Source: Lama guanicoe (Eukaryota). Taken from it: a DNA stretch of 64,000 bases. This document shows, one piece after another, positions 36,991-50,084 of this stretch (the stretch's first letter is position 1; the number at the start of each line of letters is the position of its first letter). The notes beneath the pieces are model-generated. The model was not told the DNA's origin. It did not search any database and saw only the letters and a program-made list of their open reading frames with translations. The translations under genes and the position numbers were made by a program. Where the stretch lies: NCBI GenBank assembly GCA_013239625.1, contig MU054187.1:5839757-5903756 (forward strand). The letters are read 5' to 3'.

Positions 36991-39900
36991 TCACCATTTC
37001 ATTCTAGGAGATGAGACTCATTAGTTCTGGAGTCGTAACATCTCAGACAAGAAGGGACTTTCTAGGTCCCCCGATCCAACCACAAGCACCCAGCCCCCGG
37101 GCATGCGGTCTGCGCAGGGCACCTTCCAAGACACTCACATGGGACAGAAAAGCATCAGGACTTCTGCCAACAAAGGCGAACAGAAGGTCAGGCGGTGTGC
37201 AGGCATGCTTGCTAAAACGGGCTGTAAGAAAGTACAGCCTGACTTTCCTTGCGGGCTTGGTTTTTCCGAGCGGGGAGCTGTTGGGAGTCGTCCTCCTGGA
37301 ACAGAAGGGAAGCCCCCATCGAAGGTGATACTTTCTGAAGGGCACTTTGAAAACAGCCCCCTCCCAAGTCCCTTATAAAGCCACAGCTGTTAAAATCCAG
37401 CGGTACCCGGCTAGCTGTTAGTGACTTCTTTCCAACACAACTAATAAATGAGACGCCGCTCAGAAAACCTCCGCCGGCTTCGGATAAGCCCGGGCGTTGC
37501 GCTGTGACACTCAGCCGGGACCTGGCGCCGACGAGATTGTCACTGACGCCTTGAAGGTTACGCCAGGAATCAGCACCGCCACCTGCACTCTGGCTGCGAA
37601 CCACAAGCCTGCCAGGAAAAGTCAGCGCCAGCCTCGCGTGTCCTTGCCCAGCGCCAGAGGCTGGAGGACACGCTGAGATATCAGCTCTGCCTCCCACCTG
37701 TCACTCGACCTTGGTCATGAGTCATCAGAGCCGTCGTCCTCCCTGGGCCCCAGTGTTTCACCAGCCAAGTGGTGACAATAGCGATCACCTGCCTTCCTCA
37801 CCTGATAATTAGGGCCTTAATGGATTTCGTTTTCATAGCGTGTTTCCACATCCTTGACAGGACCTTGCTACCCGGTGTCAGGAAAAAGCCATTATCATTA
37901 TTGACCTCAGAGCCAAACGTGGGATACTTTTTTTCAGGCTTACTTGCTAATAAGGTGATGGTATCTGACACTGACACCATGCTTTCCATCTCACACACAC
38001 ACGAGTATCTAGAAGTTTGCAATTTTGAAATATGAATTTAACGTTGCAGTTGTTTTCTTCGTGAAGCAGCGTGCTTCAGTGTAACCAGTCACAGTACAGA
38101 GCTGCTCTGGAGAGCCTCAGTCCAGATGGCCAGGGCTGGCCTCTGGTTCTCAGTTCATTAAACAGTCTCCCTTTGACCAACAGGCCTCTCATTGTAAGGC
38201 GGCCCCGGCCTCAGCTGATGTCAAAAGCTCCATTCTCTCACGGGTGGATTGCTCTCCTGAAGCATGCCCACACGCACTCCGCGGCAGACAGGGACAGGGC
38301 TGGCTCTGCAGATGTCACTGCCACCCCACTGACACTTCTCCCCATCACACGATCCTGGGGGTCTTTCCAGAGACTCGCACAAAGCCCGATTCAGAGTTGC
38401 CTTTGACGGATGCACACTCAGCCTGCAGATGGACAGGGCGGGGGGAGAGAGAGAAAAAGACATCCCAGTGTGTCTCCACGCTCGCCTGGGAAAGCTTGGG
38501 AATTCCTGGCTTCGTTACCAGCCTCCACTCGGGCTGAAAAGCACGTCAGAAGGCTGCCAATGGTGGCATTCAAACTCCAAAGCTGGGTTAATGCGACTCT
38601 GTGAGTGAGACCATCAATGCACAAAAGTCAGGAAATCCGAGGCCGCCATTCCCACAGCCCACGGAGGCCTTCCGCACACGGGCGACGGTGGCGCCGCCTG
38701 GACCGCGAGCCGCACCCTCGCCAAGGCGCAGGATCGCGGGGGGCCCACCCGGGGGGGCGCACCCACCGCAAGGGGTCTGGCCAAGGGAAAATCGGGCTCT
38801 GCCTTCACTACGTTACACCTTCAGCCCTAACAGGATTCATTTATTTTTAAGTCAACCTTTTATCACATTTAAGGAAATGAGCAGCACGCTGAGCTTCACA
38901 ACGTGAATGCCCCCATGTAACCAGCAACCAGTCACGGAACGGAGCAGAGCCGGCACCCAGAAGCCCTGGACCTGCCTCCTCCTCCCAGCCTCCAACTTGA
39001 GGATAAAACCAGATTATAAAAATTAACAGGAAATAGGATGTAAAAAGCCTCTGGGACTCTAGAGGAGGTTAGAAAATCTGATTTGAAAGTATCTCCCGAA
39101 ATTGAGCCGCACTTCATGGGGACACACAGATGGCTCTTTGGAATTCAAACTTCCCTTTTAATGTAGACCCCAACGCTCCTTCCCACCTTTTAAGGGAATA
39201 GCCAATTCTTTGCCATTTCAAAGGCAACTGGGAACTCTACACCTTCACTGTGCAATTATTTGCTCTATTTCACCTTCCTCTTTAGCATCATTACTCTCTC
39301 AGACTCACTTCCAAAGTCTATCATTCCAAGGGGCCTTTTGCCTCTTTCTTTTACCCCAAATAGCAAATGGAGCAAACAGAGCCCTTGGAAGTAGCATCTA
39401 GAGGGTGTACCTGAGAACCACCAGTCGGGGAGCAACGGCATTGCGGCCAGCTCCCTGTCTGCACCAGCATTCAGCAGGTGGTTCACTTCCTGCCAGGTGC
39501 CTACACACAGCAGTTGATTTTTTGGGAAGAGTAAATCACAACCAGCCCGGGCGGTGGCGGGAAGCCGAGCGCGCTGGCGCGGTCCTTCCTGTTTCACAGG
39601 AGCCAGCGTTTCCTGGATGGAGAAAATGGTTGGAATCCCAGTCCCAGCATGTGAGGCATGTCTACGTTCCAAGAGCAGCCACGTGGCAGAAGCATGGTCA
39701 AAATAAGGCGCTTGAGGATGTGAAGAAAATGGAATAAAAGTTGTAAAGGTTCAAGGAAGAGAGAATTGAACAGTAGGAGGTAAACAATGTTAACTAGGAT
39801 GTTCCTTTCCAAGGGGAAGCCAGTGTTGGAACACGTAATAAAAGCATGTAAATCACACCATTAACAATGCATCTGAATTGCATCATTTTAGAAGAATTCC

Positions 39901-40139
39901 AGAGCCAGAAGGAATATGAGAGACCATAGAAGTCAAACCCATGATCTTATGTATGAAGTGACTGATTTACTCACAGTGAGCAACCTAATGAATTTCAATG
40001 TGTCATCAGAAGATCCACCCACCTCAAAATATTCCCACCTGGTGTCTGTTATGATGTCTCATATATTCCCACTATTTTTTCATTCCTTTTGGTAAATTTG
40101 CTGGGTTTCCAGAGAAGGTGCACATTAAAAGTAAATCTG

Positions 40140-40508
40140 TTTTCAAACTGAGGGGCTGTGTTCAAAATAAGAACCTGTTCTCTAAAAGTGTCAAGATCAT
40201 GAAAGACAAAAAAAAATTTTTTTTTTAATTTTTTAAGCTGAGGAATTGTTCCAGATGAAAAAAGACTAAAGAGACATGACGACTAAATAAAATGTGGGTA
40301 GGATCCCAGATTGGATCCTGGACCAGAAAAGATTTATTGGATTTTCCTACAAAGGGCAGAAGTGAAACAGTTGACAAAAATTCGAATACGGTCTATAGAT
40401 GAGATATTGTATCAATGTTAACGTCCTGATTTTGATCCTTTTACTGTGTTTCTGTAAGAGAATGTCCTTGTTTTTAGAGAATGCACACTGAAGTATTTAG
40501 GGGCACAT
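40140..40508 (+). mobile_element. L1MC4-type 3' end
   Basis: gactaaagagacatgacgactaaa...ttggatcctggaccagaaaa...cacactgaagtatttagggg. Confidence 0.8.
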
Positions 40509-40582
40509 GAAACACATGTGAAGATCACCCTCAGGTGAGTCCCAGCAGGAATGAGGTCACAAGTCCTTGCATAAGATAGTAT

Positions 40583-40600
40583 CACCAACAGAGGGCGCTA
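40583..40600 (+). promoter_or_regulatory. CTCF motif, forward orientation
   Basis: CACCAACAGAGGGCGCTA. Confidence 0.55.
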
Positions 40601-40800
40601 GAGAGGCCGAGTAGCCTGCCTGCCTGGACTCCCCCTTCACGATGGTACCCAAGGTATGGAGCAAAGTGCCCAACACCTCTGCTGTCCTTCATTTCCTCCT
40701 CTGAGGATGTTAAGAAAAACATGAGCAGCCTATGCTTACCAAAACTGTACTCTGTGCCAGGCACCATTTCAAGCACTTCATGTGCATTAACAACCACCTT

Positions 40801-41110
40801 TTTCTTTAATTGAAGTATAGTCGATTTACAATGTTGTGTTAATTTCTGGTGTAGAGCATTATGATTCAGTTATAAATATATATCTATATATATTCCTTTT
40901 CATATTATTTTCCATTATAGGTCCTTGCAAAGTATTGAGTATAGTTCCCTGTGCTATACAATGGGACCTTGTTGTTTATCTATTTTATATATAGTAGTTA
41001 CATATTATAGTTGGTAGTTAGTATTTGCAAATCCCAAACTCCCAATTTATCCCTCCCTGCTCCCTTTCCTCCCTGGTAACCATAGTTTGTTTTCTGTGTC
41101 TTTGACTCTG
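40801..41110 (-). mobile_element. L1 3' end inserted in a MIR (MIR about 40720-41200)
   Basis: aattgaagtatagtcgatttaca...gttccctgtgctataca. TSD acaaccaccttt / acaacaaccttt, with MIR text on both sides. Confidence 0.88.
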
Positions 41111-41925
41111 ACAACAACCTTTTGAAATAAGAAAACTGAGGCACAGAGAGTAAAGTAATTTACTCCAGATCATAAGGCTGCATAGTAGCGGTGACCAAGA
41201 TTGAATTGCCACCTCATACACCGTCTTACCTACTAGCGTTTCTGTGGAACCTAGGTAACGCTGCATTCAGTGCCTTTGCAGTGGGCAACACCCAGGAAAG
41301 ATTAGCTCACCAGCAGTGTCCACCCTGTCACCACCGCTGGTGACCCCAGCAGGATGCCTGGATTTGCTGGACTCCAAGTCTTGGGCTCTTTTTTTTCCCT
41401 TAAACTAAATCTTTTGTAGAGTTTCATAATCAAATAATGTAACCTATAAGCTAAACCTATAAGCTAAACACCAGCTATCTCAGGACAGGTTAGAGAAAGA
41501 TTAGGGGAAACGGAGGTGAGTATTTTTTCTTGTAATAATTGATCACTGTGTGGCCAGGTTCCATAAAACTTGGCTGTACGATTCATTTTGAGTTGAAGAC
41601 ATTCTTCGTGCCCTTTGGAGTCCTCCCACAGAACACTGTAGAGCCAGGGCGGGGGTGGGCGGGTTCTATTGGATCATTCCTGCAGTGTACATATTTTGGG
41701 CAGGTATTTGGGCTTTTCTCCAGAAATCATGCTAATATACCTTGTCTAGTAAAAGACACTGATGCCATTCAAACCAGAGGTTACTTCACAGTCACTCTTC
41801 TGTTTTTTTTTTTTTTTTTTTGAGCCTTCTTAGTTCTTACAGAGTGGTTTGGTGGTCTTGCCTGGTTGGTGTTGGTGCCGAGTGGATGGATGATCTAGTC
41901 CCGTTCCCTAAACTCAGAAGAAGTC

Positions 41926-42277
41926 TGTCTCAGTCAGCTCGGGCTGCCAACCATGTCAGCGGACTGACAAGCTGAAATAACGCTCACTTACTGCAGGCTG
42001 AAGTCCGAAGGCAAGGTGTCCGTGGGCAAGCCTCTTCAGGGGCTTCCTCCTCGGCTTGCAGCTGGCCATCCTCCCCTGTGTCCTCACGGGGACTCTGCAC
42101 GTGTCTGCGTCCTAATTTCCTCTTCGTAGAAGAACAGCAGGTCATACTGGATTGTGACCTCGTTTTAACTTAATGACCTCTTTAAAGTCCCTGCCTCCAA
42201 ATAAAGTCACATGCTCAGATACTGGGGTTAGGACGTCAACGTGTGAATTTTGGAGGAAGACAACACAGTCCGTATCA
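41926..42277 (-). mobile_element. MLT1B MaLR solo LTR
   Basis: gtgtctgcgtcctaatttcctctt...ttaacttaatgacctctttaaag...actggggttaggacgtcaac. Confidence 0.8.
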
Positions 42278-43377
42278 GAGGCTTAGAGGGACTGGAAGAG
42301 AGAAGCCCATAAAGAGGTGGCTTCAGTTCCAGGAACGAATATTCCTTGGAGCCACTGTTTGCAAAACGCTGTAGGTCTAGCTTCTGGAGCTGTTCGTGTC
42401 CTCGCATCAGCCTCTGGGGTCTAGTCCAAGGGAAATGCCATCCCAGCAAGGTTTCCAGAACCTTCCCTTGCATCTCCATAAACGCCTTCTTGAACCCTGC
42501 TGACCCCACCCTCACCTGCATATCACACCCTGCAGACTCTGCACCACCTCTACCAGCGTGATTCTCAGAGCCCGAGAACACAGGATTCTTGTCTATAATG
42601 TGTTGGCACCACTGCTAAATCCAACACCAAGCCAATACGGCTAAGCAACCTGGAAATAATCCATCCTCTCAATAGCTGATATAATTTTAGTACTTATTTA
42701 CTACAAACACTGAGTTTTGCCTTCAGACCTCGCAGAGAACAGCCCTGACAACTTCCAGGAACATATTTGAAATGCCTAGCATAGTGCACACAGCTGACAA
42801 GAAGTGCTCCTCGCGTGTGCGACAGAAATAAGCAGCCGTGAAGAGGGTGAGGCCGCAAATCCAAAATGAAAGGCCTTCAGGGCTGCCCTGGGCGTCCAGT
42901 CCCCCATCTGGCTTCTGATTTAGGACCCAAGGACCTGCACCCCTGACTCTGCAGGGACTTGAGGCCCCGTCTCTGTCTCCACGTCAGTGAAACAGGGATT
43001 AAAACCACATCGTTCTATTCCCTTCAAACTATTGTAAAACAGTAACTATGAGATGGAACTTGAAAACAAACTTGGGTAAAAGTCAAAAGAGACTAAATAA
43101 TATAATTTTAATTGTTAACTGTCAAAGCCAATTTAAATCCATTAAATGTGTTATTTTTTATTCTGGCATTGTTTGCTAGTTCATAAACGTTGCCAGATAA
43201 AGACTGAATGGCTCCCAAAGTAAAACTTCAGTCTTCAGTCCCATGAGAAGATTCAGAGATACGTTTTCACTGCCCCGAATCTATCTTTACCGACTCCTCC
43301 AGGCTCTAGACTTCATGCTGTAGGACAGAGGAAGACGGAGGAGTGGTTGGAATTTTACAGCCGCTCTGGGAGCCGGG

Positions 43378-43410
43378 TGTAGTACAACACGTGACCACCA
43401 GGGGGCAGCA
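43378..43410 (+). promoter_or_regulatory. Strong CTCF motif with upstream module, forward orientation
   Basis: TGACCACCAGGGGGCAGCA at 43392-43410, with TGTAG 9 nt upstream (U-motif-like). Confidence 0.7.
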
Positions 43411-45269
43411 TAGATTGCCGCTGCCTCGGATTTCATTAGGTTCTTGCCATTTGCTTTCTCTAGTCTCAATGTGCCCCTCCGGTCCCCCAGGAAAACCTCT
43501 CTGTGCTGCAGGATCTGGAGGTGCCCCAGGAGCAGCGGCCCACAGCCCCTGGTGGCAGCTCCTTGCCCGGAGCAGGACTCCAGCCCCTTCTCCTGCGCTA
43601 AGCAAGGCACAGGACTCAGCCGCTGGGCAAGGCCGGCCTGTGGGTGCTGAGAGGTGGTCCCAGAGAGCAGGCGTGGGTAACGATACAGGCACCCTCACCA
43701 GTATACCACATGCGGCATCAGAACCGACCAAACGGAGGCTGGCACTGAAGTCACCCACAGCTTCCCAGGCCCCGGGCCTCTCTGAAGAGTCAGGGAGCAG
43801 GAGCCAGCTTGTGGGGGAAGAGGCAGCCCGGGGCACGTGCGTCGGCAAAGCCCAGGCCGGGCAGAGGTTGTCAGTAAAGACCTACGAGGTTTTGGTACTT
43901 ACCATTATTCTGGGTTTTCACAGTGTTTGGTCCTCACTCTCACTCACTGTGAGCTAATAGTTCTAAACCACCACCCTCGTATTACAGGTGAAAGAGTGAA
44001 ACACAAGAAAGCATCACTTCCAGCAGAACCGCAGCCTCCCCCCTCGTACCACGGGTTGTTGAGCACCCCAAGCCCTCCGCAAGCACGGAGCCGCTCCTGG
44101 GCAAGGAGACCCCCTCCAGGAGCCAGGACGCCTCTGGAACGAGGTAGAGATGTCGTGTTGTAGCAGAAACAGAAACTCCGCCCGCCTCCCACCCGTGGGG
44201 TGGCTGGCACCAAGGCAGCAGAGCTCTGAGTCTGTGTGACAACAGCCTGTCTATCAAGCACGGATGTGGCCGGGGGACAACCAAGGAAGCATCACGCAGT
44301 GGGATCTGCAGCCACTGGGTCAGGGGGACCACGGTGCGCCCCACGCCCGGCTCCTCCCGCGGTTCCCACGCACCGACCTCCCCTCCATCTCTGTGATTGA
44401 TGCTCCTGGACCCCGCCTGGAAATTCTGTCTGTGAGCTAATTATGGCGAATGACCTGCGTCCGCTGGGCAGGAGTGAGTAAGAGGCTCGGAAGGTGAGAG
44501 CTGCCTATTCACGGGACGGCAGCCTTTGATGCGAGCAGAGCAGAAAGTTTGGCCGAAACTCAACACCTCTTAGAAGTAGAGATTAGTCAAGAGGAAGAAA
44601 GGAGAATGCATTGTGGAAGTTTTCAGGAAGGAGACAAAGATGCCTGTGTTTTGTGTCGCTCAGCTGCCTCGAGAAAATGTCCCTTTGTTTTCTTTACACC
44701 CCTTTTACATTTTAAGTGGGATCTAGTGAATGTGTCTTTTCAGTGTTCCCAATTTCACCGTTTTCTCTACACCTCATGTTGCCATTTTAATGAAGCATCA
44801 TTTTTCCAGAGGGTGTGGGAACAAAACTTATTTAATGACCTCTCAGAGCAAACACTGAGTTCTTCAAATATTTCCCTGAATTAAAACCCCCTGCCCCACA
44901 ATTCACTTCCTTTTTGAAATGCCAGTTTGCCAACTACTGGAAACCAATAAACAGGGCTTTCCTTTACTCTCAAGCCACAGGGTTCCTGTCGAGTCTCACA
45001 GCCCCGGGGAATCCATGAGAAACCCTGGACCCCCAGCCGTCAGCTGTGCCCTTGGAGGGCTCAGTGGGGCAGCAGTGGTCCCCTGGGAAGCCTGGTACCA
45101 CGTGCCTTGCACTCCGATAGCACAGAGGTTTAGGGGGCTCCAAGGAGACCTGGGATGACCTTGGAGATTATCAGCCTTTCGCTGTGCAGATGAGGAAGCC
45201 GAGGTGGGCAGGGAGAGGCCTGCAGAGGCTACACGGGGTGGGGGAGGTGGAGGATAAGCAGGGTTGATC

Positions 45270-45430
45270 CCATGTGGTTCCCACACCCCCTGCCTCAACA
45301 TCACTTAGGGCAGATGTGCGAAGTGCCTATTTCCGAGCCCCCTCCCAACCCAGTTGCAATTTCTGGGGGTGGGGACTGGAGATTTATATTTCAGCCATAC
45401 CGCCGCAGTTGTGACACACACTGCCTTAGG
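45270..45430. mobile_element. MER5-type hAT-Charlie relic
   Basis: caatttctgggggtggggactggagatttatatttca. Confidence 0.55.
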
Positions 45431-45454
45431 GGAAGCTCTTGTAGTCACAGAAAG

Positions 45455-45810
45455 AACAAGCTTGGAGACAGGCAGACCTGGGTTTGAATCCCGTCTCCGC
45501 TACTTACCGGCTTTGCGCCATTGGCGAGCTCGTGCCTCTGAGCTCTGTGTCCCCATCTGTAACGGGCGATGCTGTGAGGGCTACGTGGGATGGGGCATTA
45601 GGCATGCTGAGGTATCAGGGCCTGGCACGAGAATGCCCTCAATCAGCGCCACCTGTCCTCTGGAGATGGCTGGGTTTGAGCCACAGAGCTCCCGTTTATG
45701 GATTATGTAAGGCTGCGCACACCATTGGTCTCTTTCGAGCCTCAATTTCTCAATCCGTAAATGGAGATAGTATTACCTCCTCCCTGGAATGCTGCAAAGG
45801 TTAGATGTAA
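45455..45810 (+). mobile_element. Two tandem MIR fragments
   Basis: cagacctgggtttgaatcccgtctccgctacttac and gagcctcaatttctcaatccgtaaatggagata. Confidence 0.7.
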
Positions 45811-46734
45811 TAGCATGTTGTAGCTGCATCGTGAAACAAAACCACTCTAGGTCTCAAATAGTTGGAATTCAAGGCAGAGATTTGGTTCCACAGGGGATGG
45901 ACGCAAACAGAATAAAGAAGCCATCCTGAGCTCGGTCAAAGGAAGGTGTGGTCGAATAGAGCCCAGGAGCCAGGGTTACTAGCAGGAGCTAGGACCACGG
46001 TGGGGCAGAAGAGCTAACGCCACGGAGAAGAGCTAGCCACAGCTGGATTTGGAGACCCCACACAGCCCCCCACAAGGCAGATGGGAAGAGGGAGGAAGGC
46101 CTTGGCCACCCTGCAGTCTCCTTGCCTGGGGGAGGTAGAAATCAGAAGAAGGGTGGCCTGGGAAGGGTCCTGGAGAGACGGAGCAGAAGAACAGGGGAAC
46201 ACTAGGTCTAAGAGCAAATAAGCAATGCCTGGCACACGCACGTGAAAACACTGACAGTCTCAGACACAGAGGAGGTGTTCTCTTAGTGCTTTTGTCGTCG
46301 TATTGCTAACAAGGAACGCAGCAGCCCAGTGAAAAGGCTCTTGGCCAGAAAAGCGCGTGTTTGTGAGAAGTCTGCCTTTCATTCGTCACACACAAGCATC
46401 ATTTCTCCAGGGCTGGCCACCGTGTGGAGGTGATGTCCTGAGGTTACAATCCTGGATGGGATTCTAATAAAGTTAAAATAAGGCTCAATTGCTTCATGTA
46501 TGGAAACATGAATAACACACGATTTCATAAGGCATCATGAGGATGCGGTCACAGACATAAAGCACTTGATACACTCAGAGGATTTGTTTACAGTCTCGGA
46601 AAGGGGACATGAAAAAAAACACACACAACTGTCAGACACACCACGACCTACACTCAATCTAATTACTTTTTTTCCAATTAATTTTCCAAGCTCATTATTT
46701 TCTTTTCAGGAATTCAGATAGAACACGATTGGAG

Positions 46735-46800
46735 CAAACACTATGAAATACATAACAAACACTATAAAATACATACAAAACACTATGAAATACAAAACAC
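46735..46800. repeat. Short tandem repeat, unit about 20 bp (caaacactatgaaatacata), about 3.3 copies
   Basis: Directly visible, with no spacers between units. Confidence 0.85.
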
Positions 46801-46919
46801 CAAAGTGATGTGCCAATCAAAAGCTTACACGAGAACCACTGAACTGATGTGATGACACCTTGTTCTATAAAAAGAGATTCTTCTTTGCTGTTGCCACTAA
46901 GTTGACGAAACAGTGGCTA

Positions 46920-47095
46920 CATAATGATATAATAAGCATATATTATATAATATATACTATGTTATATCTATTACTTATAATAATACATAAAAAGGTATAA
47001 TAAAGATATCTATTACTTATAATATATCTAATATAATGATATTAAAAATAAATATATTTATACATAAATAACCTATATAATAAAAGTTATTATTT
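46920..47095. repeat. AT-rich low-complexity tract with a 19-bp direct repeat
   Basis: atatctattacttataata at 46964-46982 and 47006-47024. Confidence 0.85.
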
Positions 47096-50084
47096 GACCA
47101 ATCTCTTTGTGTACTTTATGTGCATTATTGCCATTTAATTTATTATGTGATAATAATTCTGATTTGTTACTATTTCTGTTTCACCTTCTTAGCTGGAAAA
47201 TCATGGGTACTCAGAGCCGTGAATCAACTCGCTCAGGGTCCCTCAGCCTGGCACCAGCAGACTCGGGATTTGAACCCGGTCTGGCTGACTTCCCAGCCAA
47301 CTGCTCACCGCTGCCTCCTTATGCACTTGCATTTGGGGTGCTGGTCACTGAACGAAACGATTCTGTGTCATTGATGGTGACAGAAAGAGGCCCAAACTAA
47401 GAACAAGAAGATGTGAATTCTAGTCGGCCCGGCTCCAGTCAGTGCTGGGTTCTCACCCACGAGATGATAGCTTTGGTTGGAAGATGAAATTTACAGCTGC
47501 AACATTTGATATGTTCTATAAATTCCTGACTACATAGTACTGGCAACAAAAATGTTATTGTTTTGGCGTGGTGTTTAGGCACAAGCTAACGACATTTGGT
47601 ATCTTTACAATGAAAAGCTCTTCTCTTCCGCTCTTTCGGTTTCCTGTGTGTTTTTTGGCCCCAGCCATGGTGCCTGGCATCATGGAAGGTGGTGAAATGT
47701 ACCATTCTTAACATACTTTTAAATAGCTTAAACTTTTTTCTCCCAAAGCAATACATCACCTATTCAGGGACATTTTATTTTGTTGTGTTTGACAAAGACC
47801 GTCCTGGGATGCGGTCAGACTGCCAGCGGGTCCCTGAGTGTCATCCATCACAGAGCAGCGGCCGAGCCTGCCTGGGGTTGCTGAGCCAGGCACCAGGCCG
47901 GGAGCCAGGACCAGGTGACAGCGTAGGCCCAGAGGGGAGAGACGCGGAGGCAGGTGTGAGAGCCGCCGGGAAGCACCGCCGAGGAGGGGCGGCTGGAGGC
48001 TCGGGTTGCACCACAGATCCGTCCGGGCCTTGGGCATTAGCTCCGGAGGGCTCGAGTGCGACTTTCGAAGGAGGGAAACCACGCCCCAAATTTGCAGGGC
48101 CTGACGTTTGCCAAGAAAGGTGAAGGCCAGCTGTCGGGTGAGACTCAGGTGGCCGGGAGTAGGCAGCTCGGGTGCCACACAGCCGTGAGCTCAGGCCTGC
48201 TCTTCAGCAACGCCCTGTCCTCCGAGCCCGCCTGCTGCAGGGCTGAGCTTCAGGAGCCGCGCTGCTCACGGGAGGAAGCCCTGCAGGACATTCGTCCCGG
48301 GAAGACTGAAGAGGTAACCTGTGCGGCAGGACGGAACCCTGAACGACGAGTGCGAGCAGACGAGAAGGAAAACCAGATGCCTCCAAAGACGGGAAGGCAG
48401 AGAGGTGCTCTTACCAGGAGGTGTTCCATTCCCCGCTTACCCGGCTCTGAAGCCAAAGAGGCTTTTGAACAGGAAAATTACAAGGAGGAAGAGTATGATT
48501 GCATGGAATCTGGGAAGCAGCCCAGTGCAAACTGGGAAGACTCCTGTCTATAGGAAGATTCTGCCTCTCAGAGTGTCCCGCAGAGTATTAGAGGGGAATT
48601 CATTCACGTGTGCAAGGTGTCATTTTTGTTTGTTTGTTTGTTTGTTTTTCACCCTTAGAGCTCAGAGAAAGAAAATGTGAGGAATCTGTGCCCTGTCTGA
48701 GACGGTTAGTGTCCATTTATTGCCTAACATGGCAGAAAACCTGCTTGATTTTTATCAAGGGATGGGATAAACGTTTGTATAGAATGCACGTCTCCTTTTT
48801 AAATAATTTAAATCTAGTAACTGTGTACTAAAGGAACTAGTGAAGTTTAATTATGGAAATAGAGAGGGGTTTTCTTCCTAATAATCTTGATGAGATTATC
48901 ATGAATTTGAGGAATTGATGGAGTATAGACGTTGAAGTGTTGCATAATAACCTTTCTTTGGTTCAAGGTAAAAATGATTTAAATAAATAGTAGTCAAAAT
49001 TCACCTAGGGAATTAAAATTGTACCTGTTTTTAAACATCGCCCATAAATATTATAGTACTGAAATTTAAATACAAGTGTGCATGAACCTTCAAAATTATT
49101 TCCATCTATTTACCTGGTAAATATGGACTCAAGAATTGCTGTGCTAAATTCAGTCAATTATCTTTACGTCATTCAGTGACAGTTTAATTATGCTCGTGCA
49201 GCTTTGGCTTTTAAGTGCAAACACTCTACTCATTTTCCCACACACTGTATATTACTAGCATATGGTACAGAACGTGATTTACTCGAAAGCTGCTTGCAGA
49301 GGAGGTCTGTAGAATGAAGCTTTCTCAGACATCTGTGAGCCTTCTTCTGCTCCTGCTGTTAAAACATATTTTGTAGATTTAAAATGTATTCAGAGGACCA
49401 AGTCTTCTGAGTTCTCGTCTTCTGTGTCTGGATTTCTCTGGGTGCCAAGTGTTTTTTTCTTGTTGCTCATTTCAGTAAACCTGTTTGTCCGCCCCGCGTT
49501 CTCCGTGGACTGACACCTGCCCATCTGTTCCGTCTGTCTCCTCTGCGAGTCCCCTGCTACGTCGCCAAGGCAACCCTACCTGCTAAGACATCATACCGAA
49601 CGGCCAACCCTTCGCTGGGCTTCTGATACCAAATGTAACACTTGGCTTTCAGAACCACGGCTTTTTAAGGGTTCTTCTGTAGGAGGTGAGGCAGCAAGCC
49701 CTTCAGGGGTCGTCCCCCCCCCCCCGGTTTCCTCGGCCAAGAGTTCTTTCCATGTTTAGGAAGCCAAGAGCCCGAAGCTAGTAGCATCCACCAGACTCAG
49801 TCTCCCCCCAGAGCAACCAGAACGGCTCTGAGGAGAGGACGCCTCTGGCAGGAAGACGCATCAGTGGCTTTCACTTCAGAGTGACTCAAAATACACCCGC
49901 AGGCTGCACGCCAACGAAACAACGTCTGGACTCGCCCCTTCCTTCGTTCTGCTGAGCTGCTGTGGGCATCTAGGCTTCTTCTCAGCAAGCTCCTGAGGGG
50001 ACGTACAGCGGAGTGTGAGGAACACTGACCTAGACGGTCTTTCTCAGGGAACAAGTGTGACAGTGCCGTTGTCCGCACAGGACT

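Noticed and set aside
43287..43957. Longest ORFs in the track (204 aa plus, 180 aa minus)
   Set aside because: Both strands are open in GC-rich DNA, the starts are non-ATG, there is no splice or domain support, and they overlap a CTCF motif.
46735..46800. CRISPR-like repeat
   Set aside because: The units are adjacent with no spacers, there are no cas genes, and the context is mammalian.
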